Notes: a model not told the origin generated them from the sequence alone. A stretch of 64,000 nucleotides of DNA from Octopus vulgaris (GCA_951406725.2 OX597835.1:17670001-17734000), one strand, 5' to 3'. Positions 11,751 to 26,954 are shown, counted from the first letter of the stretch. Made by a program: numbers and translations.

Positions 11751-13154
11751 TATATATATATATATGTATTATTTTATCTAGTTTCAGCTCACGAGCTGTG
11801 GCCATGCTGAGGCACCGCCATAAATATATATATATATATATACATTTATATAACTATATATATATATTCATACAAATATATATGTATATAATTAGTAATA
11901 AAGATATATAGATATATACTAATATATATATATATATATACATTTATATAACTATATATATATATTCATACAAATATATATGTATATAATTAGTAATAAA
12001 GATATATAGATATATACTAATATATATATATATATATATATAGATATATATATATATGATGCATGTGTGTGTGTGTGTGTGTGTGTTTTTATGCGTGTAT
12101 GCACGTCCCTATGTCGTTAGCGACGTGGTTTATTATATGTAAGTTGCATGAATGCTGTCACCTATTATACTCTGATTACTCTTTTTTTTATTTTCGTCAT
12201 TTCGTTTTGTTTATAATATTCTTTTTGTTTTTATTACTTATTCGACATTGCTGTTTCCCTTGCACGTCAAAAGCTTGACTTTTCATTTAGTTCACAACAT
12301 TATCATCAACGCGCACTTTTATTTCATTTCATTGGGTGTTGTTTTTATTTTTGCGCTTTATTTTACGACGGCTTTTGTTTGCCTTTTTCGTTTTTTTTTC
12401 TGTTGTTCTTGTTGTTATCATCATTATTATTATTATTATTATTAGTTTGCTTTTGCGTTTAGAGATCTGTAATTAACAAGTCCAACCTTATATCCATGTC
12501 ACCCTTGGGGAAACGAATTTACAAAGTACAGTCTTCGTTTGACAACATTAAGAAAATTTCCTAGGAAAACGCACGTACATACACACGCACACACACACAC
12601 ACACACGTTCACACACACACACACACACTCACACCTACACGCACAACAATGATAGAAATAAAACAGTGAACCGATCGATCTGTCAGCAGCGCTAATTTCA
12701 TTTCGGGTTTTCACTTCTTTCTAGCTTTTTCCTATTATTGTTCATTCTTGTATTCTTCTTCTCTCTCGTTCCTTTCTTTCTTTCTTTCCTTCTTTCCTCA
12801 TTCTCTAATTCCTTTCAGGTGTGCCGTAGAAGGAATTTTTCTTTCAGACAACGACACGCAACGATAACTAAACAAAGGCAACAAACAGAAGAACGTCGAC
12901 AAAAATTCTCTTATTTTTCATTATTAAAGTCCAGAAACTTACTTTTAGGTATTTTTCTTGACTTTTTATACACTTTTTAATCAATCAGTCCCCAACAATT
13001 CTGATAGATCGATTCCGACAGCCAACAGCCCCGAAGCAATTACCCGCTTTCAAAGTCTTTTTGCTTGGACAATCTTTTAACCGTAATGTTAGAGAATGGA
13101 AGTTAAAGTATCGGATAAATACACCATGAAAGACAAAATAATCTTTCTCCTTAC

Positions 13155-13158
13155 ATAC

Positions 13159-13199
<41 letters not shown>

Positions 13200-13621
13200 T
13201 ATATGTGTATACATACATACACACACACACAAACACACACACATATATATATATACATATGTATATATATATATATATATATGTATATGTATGTACATAT
13301 ATACATATATATATATGTACATATATACATATATATATATATATGTATATATATATGTGTGTATATATATGTATATATATGTATGTATATATATATATAT
13401 ATATGTATATATATGTATGTATATATATATGTATATATATAGGTATATATATGTATATATATATATACATGTACATATGTATATATATATGCATATATAT
13501 ATATACATATGTATGTATATATATATATGCATATATATATATATATACATATGTATGTATATATATATATGCATATATATATGTGTATATATATGCGCAC
13601 ACATACATACATAGATACATG

Positions 13622-13661
<40 letters not shown>

Positions 13662-13685
13662 CATGTTCATATATATATATATGAG
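13155..13685. repeat. Interrupted (TA)n tract
   Basis: Direct reading. Confidence 0.95.
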
Positions 13686-14807
13686 TATGTATACGTCTCT
13701 GTACTCTTTATGCAAAATGGTTTGTTTTATGTTTGTATTTGGGTTTTTGTTTTTCGTTTCCTATCGCATTTGTTTTCTCTTTCATTCTTAATGTTGTTAA
13801 ACTCCTTTGCTACTTGTACCGAACCTTGCTATATTCCCTCCTAATGGTATTACATACATAGATACATAAGAACATACGGACATACGGACATATATATTTA
13901 TATTTTATATATCTTTTGTTTCGGTAACCATACGCACCTTCTTTCACATTTCATGCGTCTATCTAATTATGGCGTTTCGTTTCCAACTATTTTTAAATTG
14001 GGGTTAGAATTCAAGAAGAAAAACTTCACAATCAACCACAAACCAAAAACCCAACAATAAAAACAAATATATAACAATAGTTTTCTCTTCTTCGCTTATT
14101 GACTTCAATCTAGGGATGTCTGGAACAAGTTTAAAGAACATAGGAAAAAAAACCCCATCAAATAACGATAAATAACGAAGTTGCTTCCCCGCCACCTACA
14201 AGGCTTTCGGTGTGTTTTCCCGCCATATGCGTTCAAGAATTGGTATTGTTTCTACAGAACCGTAATAACTACTGTTGCTTTAGTCGGGGATCTCGCTTAA
14301 TTCTGCGATTCTTTTTGGTATTTATTTATTTATTCAATTTCATTACTCGTTGTTTTTAAATTTAGTTTTTCACCATCAAAGTTAATGATATTGAACTGGA
14401 AAGGGACACAGACACATACCGACATACAGACACCTAGCTATTCAGACACTCAGGCATACAGACACAGACATAGAGACACAGACATATAGACACAAACATA
14501 TAGACACAGACATATAGACACAGACATATAGATACAGATATACAGACATACAGTCACACAGACAGACACACAGGCATGCAACCATACATAAACCATGACA
14601 TACAATCATACAGCGAGTTATACACGTGACAGTTTCCTTATTGCGGATAAAGAGACTATATTAATGGCTGAGGGGTCATTCAGTGCACATTGTAAAAACA
14701 AAAGAAAATAAAATAACATTAAACAAGAAAGTTTAAAAACTCCACAGCGTTCAGTAAATTGGTATTTCGTATGTTTATACCAGAAATATTGCAGCTGTTC
14801 GATTCGG

Positions 14808-14845
<38 letters not shown>

Positions 14846-15467
14846 GTTTTACTTTGGCTGTATTAATAGTTACATTCCAATAAGTTGTAGTTTTAGTAGC
14901 AGCAGCAGTAGCCGAAGCGGCAGCCAAAACACCAGTAGTAATATTATTATTATTAGTAGTAGTAGTTTTTGGTGTTATTGCTGTTGTTCTTGTATATACA
15001 TGTAGAGGGTTGATGTTGTAGCTTTTACCCATAAAACTGTACAATGTTGAAATAAAAGCAGCCACAACACACTTTATGTTATAAAGATATTAAAAAAGGG
15101 ATTACCGACGCCTAAATCTAATGTTCTCATTTCAATTTCCGAGGATAACGGCGAAAGGAATTAATCGATAATGACTTCACAAATTGCAATCGCTTACCGT
15201 ACCTTGGAGCAAACAAATAGTCGCATGCAGGAATATTACGACACATCCTGATGATGAGGCTGTGACAGTCGCGTAACATTAAGTTTATATTAATGAACTA
15301 AGGCCGAGATGCGTTACACTGTTGTGTGATTAGTTGAAGGGAACGGCAAAGGACGAGTGAGGAAAGGGGTGAAAGAAAACAGGGAGAAAGAAAGAGAGCA
15401 TGAGAAAAGAGGGAGAGCGGTGTCAACGACGTGAGGTAGGGGGAACGTTGAAATAATTACGTAGTAA

Positions 15468-15680
15468 AGGTGGCGATTTGGCTGAATTGTTAGCACGCCG
15501 GACGAAATGCTTAGCGGTTTTTCGTCCGTCTTGAAGTTCTGAGTTTAAATTATGCTCAGGTAGACTTTGTTTTTCATCCTTTCGGGGTCTATAAAATAAG
15601 TACCAGTTGAACAATGGGGTCAATGTAATTGCCTAGGACCCTCTCTTATGAAATTGCTGGCCTCGTGCCAAAATTTTCAA
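15468..15680 (+). mobile_element. Old family A SINE
   Basis: gttagcacgccggacgaaatgcttagcgg...catcctttcggggtctataaaataagtaccag. Confidence 0.8.
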
Positions 15681-15769
15681 TCAGTATTAATTATGTAGTT
15701 AAAAGGCTAATTAAAATAAATAGCGAAAGAAAATTGTCTTTTATTATTTTCTCTTGTACATTTTTTCAA

Positions 15770-16025
15770 TCATTGGAATGCAGCCATGTTGGAGCACCAC
15801 CTTGAAGTGTTTTAGTGAAACAAATCAATACCTGTAGATAATTTTTAAGTCTAGCGTTTATTGTGCCATTTTCTTTTGATGATGCACTATGTTAGGTGAC
15901 ACAAGCAATATAGCACCGATTGTTACACGGTGGAGGAGGACAAACACAGGCACACAGATATGATTGAACTTGAAACCACTTGGTTACAAAGCGAGAGTCT
16001 TAACTATGCAGCCACACTTGCGCCT
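15770..16025 (-). mobile_element. Old family B SINE
   Basis: gccatgttggagcaccacc...gaacttgaaaccacttggtt...cagccacac. Confidence 0.6.
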
Positions 16026-16039
16026 AGACATCTTAGATA

Positions 16040-16345
16040 ATACCTCTGTCTGAAAAGTCTGGCTGCACCCGAAAAAAATATATATTATGAAACAAATATA
16101 AACACAAAATTTATTAAACGAATCTGTTACCACCACGACAGTCAACTATATGACACCGAACACGAGCTTGATGTTGAATACATCCACGAATTTTCCGCTC
16201 TGATAGCTCTTCCCAAGACTACAAGACGGCTTCGTGCAAGTCATGCCTCGTTGTAGGGTTTTTCAGTTCAACTTTATCGGCCAAAACTTTGAAAATGACT
16301 TCATCTAATGGATTCCACGTGCAAACAAGTGCTGAATAGAACTCA
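16040..16345 (-). pseudogene. Decayed Tc1/mariner-superfamily transposase C-terminus with probable terminal repeat
   Basis: Minus translation WNPLDEVIFKVLADKVELKNPTTRHDLHEAVL*SWEELSERKIRGCI...VDCRGGNRF fits the (SPDL)NPLD...W...GG.F pattern; one in-frame stop. Confidence 0.6.
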
Positions 16346-16859
16346 CTGAATAAATCTTAATTAACTGTGTTGTCAATTGGATGCATCTGACATATGATAA
16401 CGAGTATGCAGCCAGACTTTTCACACAAATACATCATAAAAAACAGAGCATTATCGGGTTTTCTATAGAACACCTAAACCGACGTTCTCTCTCTAATTTA
16501 AGCATGATTCCATCAATGTTTGAGACTGAACCGGTAGGGGCGACTGGGGGATGGGGGTCAGTCGATCACGTCGATAACCTGAATTTTGTAATAGACTCGT
16601 CCTTTATGATTTCATCACCCCTGGAGGAATTAAAAGCAAAGTTCACCCAAGCAGGATTTGAAATCTCAGAACGTAAAGTGTGAAAAAAAGAAAAATTCTT
16701 CAAAGCAATCTTTACAACGCACTCACAAAACTTTCCATCGAACGGCAATTGCTATATATGAACCCAAGTACATTACTGGTACCGAGAGGATGGAAAATAA
16801 ACCGGAAGTCAGAGTGGAGGAAGATGGAATGTCGTTAAACACCGCAAGACGTCGCTATT

Positions 16860-16898
16860 GTGGCTGCTGCTGCTTCAACTGATATTCAGACTGCTGCT

Positions 16899-16932
<34 letters not shown>

Positions 16933-16977
16933 CTACTGCTGCTGCTGCAACTGTTGCTCCTACTGCAGCTGCTGTCT

Positions 16978-17020
<43 letters not shown>

Positions 17021-17049
17021 AACAACAACAACAACAACAACAACAACTA

Positions 17050-17080
<31 letters not shown>

Positions 17081-17103
17081 AACTGTTGCTCCTACTGCTG
17101 TCT

Positions 17104-17135
<32 letters not shown>

Positions 17136-17142
17136 GCAACTA
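16860..17142. repeat. (CAA)/(CTA)/(CTG) compound trinucleotide with internal duplication
   Basis: gcaactgttgctcctactgc..tgtctcca occurs twice. Confidence 0.9.
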
Positions 17143-17349
17143 CATGATTGTCCGTTATATTCCGAGAACTGCCGCGGTAATTGCCGTCTAGCAGCATTCG
17201 TCTATAATTGTTTTGTGTCCTTAAGCAAGAGACTTAACTCTACCTGCCTCGCAAGCAAGATCTCGTAACTAATGAACAAATCGTTATTTGTTATTGTTCA
17301 CAGACTTGAGATCGATATTTAGTTTCTTTCTTGCTTGCTTGCTTGCAAT

Positions 17350-18450
17350 CATTATTGTCAACATCATCATAGTCGTCGTATTCATCATCATCACCATCCT
17401 CCTCCTCCTCCTCATCATCATCATCATCATCGTCCCCATCATCATAACCAACATCATCAGAGTCATCAACATCACCATCATCGTCGTCATCATCATCACC
17501 ATCACCACCATCATCATCATCATCATCGTCGTCATCACCATCACCATCACCATCATCCTTATCAGCCTCACGTTCATTCATCATCATCACCATCCTCACC
17601 ATCTCCTCCTCATCATCATCATCGTCCCCATCATCATAACCAACATCATCAGAGTCATCAACATCACCATCATCGTCGTCGTCATCATCATCATCATCAT
17701 CATCACCATCACCACCATCATCATCATCATCATCGTCGTCATCACCATCACCATCACCATCATCCTTATCAGCCTCACGTTCATCATCATAATCATCACC
17801 TTTCTCAGCATCATCACAATCATGATCATCGTCATCAACATGAACATCATTAACACCATACCCACTGTCCTCTTCCCTCTCCTCTTCCTCCTGCTCTTCC
17901 TCCTCATGATCACCATCATTATCACCGGCATCATCATCACCATCATCATCATCATCAACAACATCATCATCTTCATCACCACCAACATCATCGTCATCAT
18001 CATGATCACCATGATGCTCATGATGACGATCATGATGATGATGATCATCATCATCGTCCTCCTCGTCGTCATCATCATCATCATCATCATCACCATCACC
18101 ATCACCATCATCCTTATCAGCCTCACGTTCATCATCATAATCATCACCTTTCTCAGCATCATCACAATCATGATCATCGTCATCAACATGAACATCATTA
18201 ACACCATACCCACTGTCCTCTTCCCTCTCCTCTTCCTCCTGCTCTTCCTCCTCATGATCACCATCATTGTCACCGGCATCATCATCACCATCATCATCAT
18301 CATCAACATCATCATCTTCATCACCACCAACATCATCGTCATCATGATCACCATGATGCTCATGATGACGATCATGATGATGATGATCATCATCATCGTC
18401 CCCCTCGTCGTCATCATCATCATCATCATCATCACCCTCATCAACATCAT
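17350..18450. repeat. Degenerate (CAT)n tract with higher-order duplications of 207 and 348 bp
   Basis: catccttatcagcctcacgttc at 17554, 17761 and 18109. Confidence 0.9.
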
Positions 18451-19016
18451 CACGGTTATTGTTGTCGTTATTATTAGTAACATTGATAAACTGGTGTAAT
18501 TACAGCTTTTGTTATGGCTGCTGGTAACAACAATAAGAATAGAAGTCGCTGATACCTTCGGCGTTGTCATCAACGCTGCAGCAGTAGCAAAAGTAGCAGT
18601 AGAAGCAGTAGAAGCAGCAGCAACTCCATAGTAGTAGTAGTAAAAGTGGTAGTGGTAGTAGTAGTGGTGGTAGTAGTAGTAGTAGTAGTATCTTCAGACA
18701 AATATTAGATATAAGCAGCAATCACTAGTAGTAGATCACCTCCAATTCTGTTACTACTACTACTACTGCTACTACTACTGCTGCTACTACTACTACTACT
18801 ACTACTACAAGTGTTGCTGCTGCTGCCACTGCCGCTGCTGCTGATGCTGCTTGTGCAACCAGTTGCACTTGTAACTAGTACCACTACAGCTTGAACTTGT
18901 AGAAGTATTTTGTCAGTAGTGATAATATTTCCCTATTGTTTACTGTACGCGTAACGTCGGTATAATTAGCATTGAATTATTAGCAGTGGCAGCAGCAGCA
19001 GTAGTAGTAGTAGTAA

Positions 19017-19058
<42 letters not shown>

Positions 19059-19176
19059 TAGTAGCAGCAGCAGCAACAGTAGCAGCTACCTACCTTTTCT
19101 CCTCTCTCCCGCCTAAGGTTTCGTATTGACACGTTGATTCTCGTTCCCTCTTCAGCCTGATAGTATACACGATATA

Positions 19177-19245
<69 letters not shown>

Positions 19246-19716
19246 ATAGAGAGAGAGAGAGAGAGAGAGAGGGAGGGGGGAGATAAATCGATATATATAT
19301 ATATATATGTCCTTTGAATTCGTTTATGTTAAACGTTTATGGACGCGCTCATAATATCTCCTATGCTATTTCCGGTTACTACTTATTATTCCCGACTTCC
19401 ATAGTAATTGATAGGATGTTTATTATTCTGGTGCTGCTATAACATAGGCTAAATACAGAAGTAAAGGGAACTTTTGGAAGGAAGTTTAAAAATCCTTTTA
19501 TGCATTGCTACGTACGTTTCGACAAAGCACACGTTTTTCTGTTGTTGCTGCAGTTTCCATATGTAGGACATTGGAAATATGATTTGCAATATCGAAGGAT
19601 TTTAAGTGGAAACATCACATTTGTTCGTTTCTTCAGGAAAAATCTTATTAGTGTTCTGGTTGAATTTGAAGGTTCTTTGACACTCATGGGCGGCCCACGT
19701 AATTTCGACTATTAAC

Positions 19717-19781
<65 letters not shown>

Positions 19782-19908
19782 CGTGTATGTGTGTACATGT
19801 GTATGTACATGTGTGTGTGTTTCTGTGTGTGCAAGCAAGCCTGTACTATTTGCTTAAAATCAGATCACACTGTATGTACATAGGTACGTTTATATATATG
19901 CAGAGAAT

Positions 19909-19949
<41 letters not shown>

Positions 19950-19954
19950 GAGAA

Positions 19955-20270
19955 CGTCGGCCTCAGAATCATACAACCATATGGTAGAGTTCGTTTAACG
20001 GACCGGGCTCTGTGTTGTGTTCTTGGGGAAGACTCTTTATTTCACGTGGCCCCAGTTCATTCAGCAGTAGGAATAGGTTGCGACGTCACTGCTGCCAAGC
20101 AGGATAGGACTTTGCTTTTCCTTTCAACAACACTGGTGACGTGGAGAAGAAAGGCTGGTATGCATGGGCGAGATTTGGTCTTCCACAAAATTTACGTTGC
20201 CTGTTGTACCTTGGATGATAATTTGTACATGGAATCTTATACTCATTCATGACCAAATGGTGCCCTTACC
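19955..20270 (+). mobile_element. Old degraded SINE-like element
   Basis: B-box remnant gagttcg followed by tgtgttgtgttcttggggaagactcttta, resembling the post-tRNA segment of central-domain SINEs; single copy here. Confidence 0.4.
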
Positions 20271-20867
20271 ATATGTGTGTGTGCGTATATATATATGTTG
20301 GGATTCAACATGCTAGAAAGAATAGCTAGGTTCTATAACCACAAAATTATGTTTTTAAATGTACACTGTATTTAATGACTAATACATAGTCTTTGGAATA
20401 CATTTTTACAAGCTAGGCCACTGGAAATGAAAATTTCTATTAATATCCATTTCCCTTTGATATTAAATATTGTAAGTTTTTGGATAATTTTCGGTTTTTA
20501 AAAGTTGGCATCTTTCTATTGCCGGCGAAGGACTGCGTCTGCGCATCAGATTTTGAAAAAAATTGGGATGTATAAACAAGAGGCAAATAGTTGATCGCCT
20601 CGTGTTTATACATCTAAGGTGTACCTGTTGAAAACGATTTCACCTCGCGAGTGAAGGTTATTTACTTGCTAAACTAAAATCAGAAACGAATTGGTCCAGG
20701 AAATTAGATGGTAAAATGTTTATATTTTTTCATTTCGTTCCTGTCGAATTTTGTGGTTATACAACCTAGCTGTTCTTTCTAGCGCGTTGAATCCCATGAG
20801 TGGATTCCTTATGTGTTTAAATGTACGCTGTATTTTATGACTATATATATATATATATATATACATA

Positions 20868-20975
20868 CACGACGGGCTTCTTTCAGTTTCCGCATACCAT
20901 ATTCACTCACAAGGCTCTTGGATGCCCGGAACCATGTGATGGGGCAGCAAACTCTTTACCGCAGAGCCGCTCCTG
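20868..20975 (-). mobile_element. Family B SINE fragment
   Basis: cgacgggcttctttcagtttccg...ggaaccatgtg. Confidence 0.75.
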
Positions 20976-20994
20976 CACCTATATACATACGTAT

Positions 20995-21043
<49 letters not shown>

Positions 21044-21812
21044 TGTGTGTGTGTCTGTGTGCATGTGTCTCTCTGTGTGTGTGTGTATATACGCACACAC
21101 ACGTATAATTCATGCACACAACACAATTAAACAGATCTACACACAAGCTCGTCAGCAGGGAGTACAGAAGCCGATATATTATCTGCCAACGTATATAAAC
21201 AGTACACTCACCACACATACTTACGTTTATAACAAAACCTACACACACATACACAGACAGACACATACACACACACACTCTCACACACACACTCACACAC
21301 ACGCTTCTAGTAATCCATAAAACCACATTTAGACGTGCTAATAATACATAAATTCTCCTGCATACGCAACATATGTGTCTGATCCTGTCTCATTAGACAT
21401 GTTTGCACGCACCGCATAAAACACATGCTGACATAAGGGAAAAGCGCGCACACACACTCACACATGCATACACACACACGCGCGCGCGTGCGTGCGTGCA
21501 CACATACGTCGTAGTTGTAGATGTCGTCGTCGTAGTCGTCACCGTGTTTGTGATATTTACCTCATCATCATCATCATCATCATCGTCGTAATGGACACCG
21601 TCGCCGATGTCCCTTTCCTTCATCCTCATGATCGACGTCCACACCGTCATCATCATCATCATCGCAATCCCCGTCGTCCATATCATCATCATCGTCATCA
21701 TCGTTATCAACATCATCATCACCACCATTATTATTATCGTTTACATCCATCCATATATATATATATATACATCCATACATCCAGATATATATATATACAT
21801 CCATACATCCAG

Positions 21813-21843
<31 letters not shown>

Positions 21844-21936
21844 TATATATATATATACATCCATACATCCAGATATATATATATATATATATATACACAT
21901 CCATATATACATACATCCATCCATCCATACATACAC

Positions 21937-21975
<39 letters not shown>

Positions 21976-22096
21976 TACATACATACACACACATACACTC
22001 TGAAACAGGCATGAACAGACACAAACTCCAACACACAAGCGTTGACACATTCGTGGGCGTGCAACACATTCACAAGAGAAGAGGGTGCCGCTGCCT

Positions 22097-22610
<514 letters not shown>

Positions 22611-22855
22611 CTCGCCTTACAAACACACGTACACACTCACACACAAACGCATAGACGTTCATTGCCAAGCTACACATACGCGTTCAAACACATACTCAGA
22701 CAGGCAAACACGCACTCGCGTTAACGCGAAGCGTAAAGCGCCGCCCACACACAGACATAAGCAAGCACTTTATAACCACACACACACACAGTCAAAACAG
22801 GTGCACGCACTTGCTTTCCACACACGCACACATTTAACACCTGAATACCTTCGCA

Positions 22856-22889
<34 letters not shown>

Positions 22890-22904
22890 TAAACAAATAA
22901 GTGC

Positions 22905-23013
22905 AAGAGGGGCTGTGTGGTAAGTAGCTTGCTTTGTGACCACATAGTTCCGGGTTCAGTCCCACTGCCTGGCACCGACCAAAGCCTTGTGAGGAAGCTG
23001 AAAGAAACCCGAC

Positions 23014-23049
<36 letters not shown>

Positions 23050-23075
23050 CTTGCTAACCAACCACATGGTTCCAG
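22905..23075 (+). mobile_element. Family B SINE 5' fragments
   Basis: ggctgtgtggtaagtagcttgc...gggttcagtcccactgc. Confidence 0.8.
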
Positions 23076-23232
23076 GTTGTACGTGTTTGCGTGCCTGTGT
23101 GTATGTGTGTGTGTGTCCTGAAATAACAGCAAATTTCTTAATAAGAACCAGTTATATTGACATAGTGATTGTTATTGGTGTCAGGTGATCCAGAATCAAT
23201 ACAACCAAGTATTGATACATTTTCTTTTCATA

Positions 23233-23299
<67 letters not shown>

Positions 23300-23556
23300 T
23301 TATCGATCTGTCCATTTATCTGTCTCTGTCTATCTGTCTATCTGTCTCTCTCTCTCTATCTCTCTCTCTCTATTTATCTATCTATCTACTTATCTATCCT
23401 CCGTCTGTTTCATTTTCTCCCTGTCCCCTTTTTCCTCTTTCTGTCATGTTACACTTTCTCTCCTACGAAAGAAACACTAATGTCACCGACAACACTCCTT
23501 TTCGCCAACATGTCATCCACTCTCCCCATCACATCCTTTAAGTCTACCACCCTCAT

Positions 23557-23595
<39 letters not shown>

Positions 23596-24208
23596 AACAA
23601 CAATGCAGCTGCACAAGCGGACAATTATATTAATTCATAAATCCTGCTACTCCGGGCACTGTGGGTAATGTATTCCCTGTACGTAGCTGTCAGAGTGTTT
23701 ACATGTGTGTAATGATCTGTAAATGTGTGTGTAAATTTGTGTGCATGTGTGTACATATATATATATATATATATATAGCAGTATGTACTTGATGTAAGGA
23801 TACGCGAATATATATATGGATATGTGCATGCCGCTTTACGTACACGAGCAGGGATACACGCACATCCCGTGCCCATATATAACTATCTACACACACAACA
23901 CACATATACATACACATACATACACACAAACACAAACACACACACATATATATACATATATTTAGATGCTTATGTGCGAGTATGACCTTATATATGTATA
24001 TATGCGTGTGTATGTATATATACACACAAATATACGTACCCAAACATATATCTACATACATCTCTGAAATGCGTGCAAGTATGGTGGGATGCTATTTTAT
24101 CTATCTATCTATGCTCGTTTATGTATTCATATATATATGTATATATATTTATATATATATATAAATATATACATTCATATCTATACATATATATACATAC
24201 ATATATAT

Positions 24209-24245
<37 letters not shown>

Positions 24246-24596
24246 TATTGATATATATATATATATTTATAAATATATATATTATATACAAAACATATAT
24301 ATATATATATATATATATTTATAAATATATATATTATATACAAAACATATATATATATATATATTTATAAATATATATATTATACACACACACACACACA
24401 TTTATATACATAGATATATGTATATAAAGGTAGGTATATGTATAGAAATATGCATATATATATGCATACATACATATATATACATACATACATATATATA
24501 CATACATACATACATATATATACATATATACATACATACATACATATACATATATACATACATACATACATATACATACATACATACATACATACA

Positions 24597-24643
<47 letters not shown>

Positions 24644-25628
24644 GCATATGCACACACGGATACATATATAAGTAGATAAATAGATAGATAGATAAACAGG
24701 CAGATAGATAGATAGTGAGATAGAAACGCACATGATGTCTGCAGGTTGTGCTCTCGCATCAGACATTGCCTTATGTGACAACAACTAAAAGCATTCACAT
24801 CCGAGAAAAGAAAGCTTCACTTCCTCCTTCCTTCTCAGCATCCGCCTCCGCCTCCGCTCCCTTTCCTCCGCACGTCCCCCCTCCCCCCTCTCCAACCCAC
24901 GTGTCCCCATTTCCCTACTACTGTTTGCCCCCCCCACCCCCACCTCCACACCTGTTATCCCGATTGCTCTCATCACATCGCCACCTTTCCTTCCTGCCCC
25001 GCCGCTCTCTCTTTCTCTCTATGCAACCAGCACAAACCATCAGTGAAGTAATGTTAGTTTTTTTTTGGGTTTTTGTTTTTGTTTGTTGTTTTTTCCTGTA
25101 AAACCAATATCAACATGAATATATGTGATCGTTGTGTGTCCAACAGCAGATATCTTTGATCAGTTGTCCTTGAAAAATAGGACACGGAAGCAATATTGTC
25201 ACTGCTTGACATCTCTCATAATATTAGATGACTGTGGAATTTGATATGTAAGACTTCGAATAACTCTTCCTCTCACCCTCTCCCTATACCCCCCTTTCTC
25301 TCTCTTGTAGGCTTCGGTTGATATCTAATCATATCAAGAAGTTACATCTACATGTTCGTACTTCGCCTCATCCACATTACAGCAAATGCGAAGACACAAC
25401 CTCTAGATTTTATTTATTTCTTTATTTAGTTATTATTCTTGTGTTATCTTTCTGATTCTGATGTTTGGAATGTTCGAGAACTCAACTGTAATCAAAATCA
25501 CTAGATTTCGTCTTTTGAGATAAAAGGATTCTTCAGCCTTATTATGCTGGCCCCTTTCTGATATATTCAAAGGATGGTCTCGGTGCAATGTACAGTTATT
25601 ATACTGGCAAAAAGACCTCTGCTCCATA

Positions 25629-25920
25629 ATGCAAATATATGGGAAACTACCACCTGTGTCACCTCTTGTGAAAGGTAGGAGAGTCCAGTTTGCTGGACAT
25701 AGTTGTAGAGCTGAAAAAGAAGTAATTTCTACTCTTCTCCTCTGGAAGCCATCTGCTCGCAATACCAGAGGGCGCACACTCTCCTACCCTGATGTAATCT
25801 CCAGGGATACAGGCATCCAGCAACAGGACCTCCGTAATGCCATGATGGACCGTGAAGTCTGGCGTAGCATGGTAAATTCCATTGTCTCGACCACGGTCGA
25901 ACAATGATGATGATGATGAT
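25629..25920 (+). mobile_element. 5'-truncated RTE-clade LINE, ORF C-terminus plus (TGA)n tail
   Basis: RRVQFAGHSCR...LLLWKP...RGR...YPDVISRDTG...AMMDREVWR motif set; stop runs straight into a tgatgatga tail. Confidence 0.85.
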
Positions 25921-26049
25921 AAGGGAATTCAGAATTCAGGTGTATAGGGTATGCCCCGACATAAGCAAAAAATATACCGGACCCATATTGGAATATAGCT
26001 ACCATACACCGGGTGGTACATTTGCTATACAGACAAAACCATTCTTGAC

Positions 26050-26410
26050 CTACAGTGGAATAGAGTCCAGAAAAACAACAAAAGTAAAAAAAATCTCATA
26101 CAGTGAATGTGTGAGATTGACGCTCGGAGAGAATTTATGATGGGAGAGAGAGGAGGAGTGAGTTTTCGAGCAATGGCTCTTCGTCGGAAAGTGGAAAGAG
26201 GAAAAAGTCTGAAGACAAGGAATAGTCCGAGAAAAGCACGTGTGACGTAGCACAGTTATATATTATCAAATAACTTCAAAAGAGACCGGTTTTGGTCTGC
26301 GTATGCAAGATTTATATAATGTGATATAATCAATAAAAATATTGCACTGAACATGTGATGTGTGAGAAGATCTAACGTTTCGGGTATAGTCCTTCTTCGG
26401 GGTAGGTTGA
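26050..26410 (-). mobile_element. Degraded Penelope-type termini with two hammerhead remnants (26164-26191, 26370-26404)
   Basis: Minus CCGACGA-A-GAGC-CATT-GCTC-GAAA and CCGAAGA-A-GGACTATACCC-GAAA-CG-TT; shares gacgctc.gga context with 11590-11750 and 56021-56205. Confidence 0.55.
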
Positions 26411-26911
26411 AAGAGATGCAGTGGAGTTAAAAGAAAAGAAAATGACTCTTTTTATATACATTTGTCACACTCATCTACATATATACATGCTTGCCGCTAC
26501 ACACGTATACAAATATAGATAGGCATATATATATGAATGGAAAGGAAGAAGGTATCGAGAGAGAGAGAGAGAGAGGTGGGAAGCTGGAAGAGAGAGTCAT
26601 GAGATTGAACCTACAAAGTACATGTCCAAAATTTGCTAGCGAAAATCTGTGTTCGTACGAATGAGTGAATGTGTGTGTGTGCGCGTATATGTAACTTCCT
26701 TTCAGCTTCTCTCTCTCTCTCTCTTTCACTCTCTCTCGTATTCATTCACACACACACATGTATGTATGTGTGTATATGTGTGTATATATATATGTGTGTG
26801 CGCGCGTGTGTGTGTGTGTCTGTGTGTGTGTGTCTGTAACTATGTGTGTGTTAATGTACGTTATATATCTATGTATCTATACGTGCATATATGTATGCAA
26901 TACAAATACGT

Positions 26912-26954
<43 letters not shown>

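Noticed and set aside
15248-15282. CTGATGA followed by a small hairpin as a hammerhead
   Set aside because: No GAAA (reads GTAA) and no stem I complement.
19100-19162. Minus-strand CTGAAGA...GAAACCTTA as a hammerhead
   Set aside because: Neither stem I nor stem II pairs.
25290-25420. Acceptor-like ctctcttgtag followed by an open frame
   Set aside because: No convincing donor or recognisable peptide; pyrimidine tracts are ubiquitous in this window.
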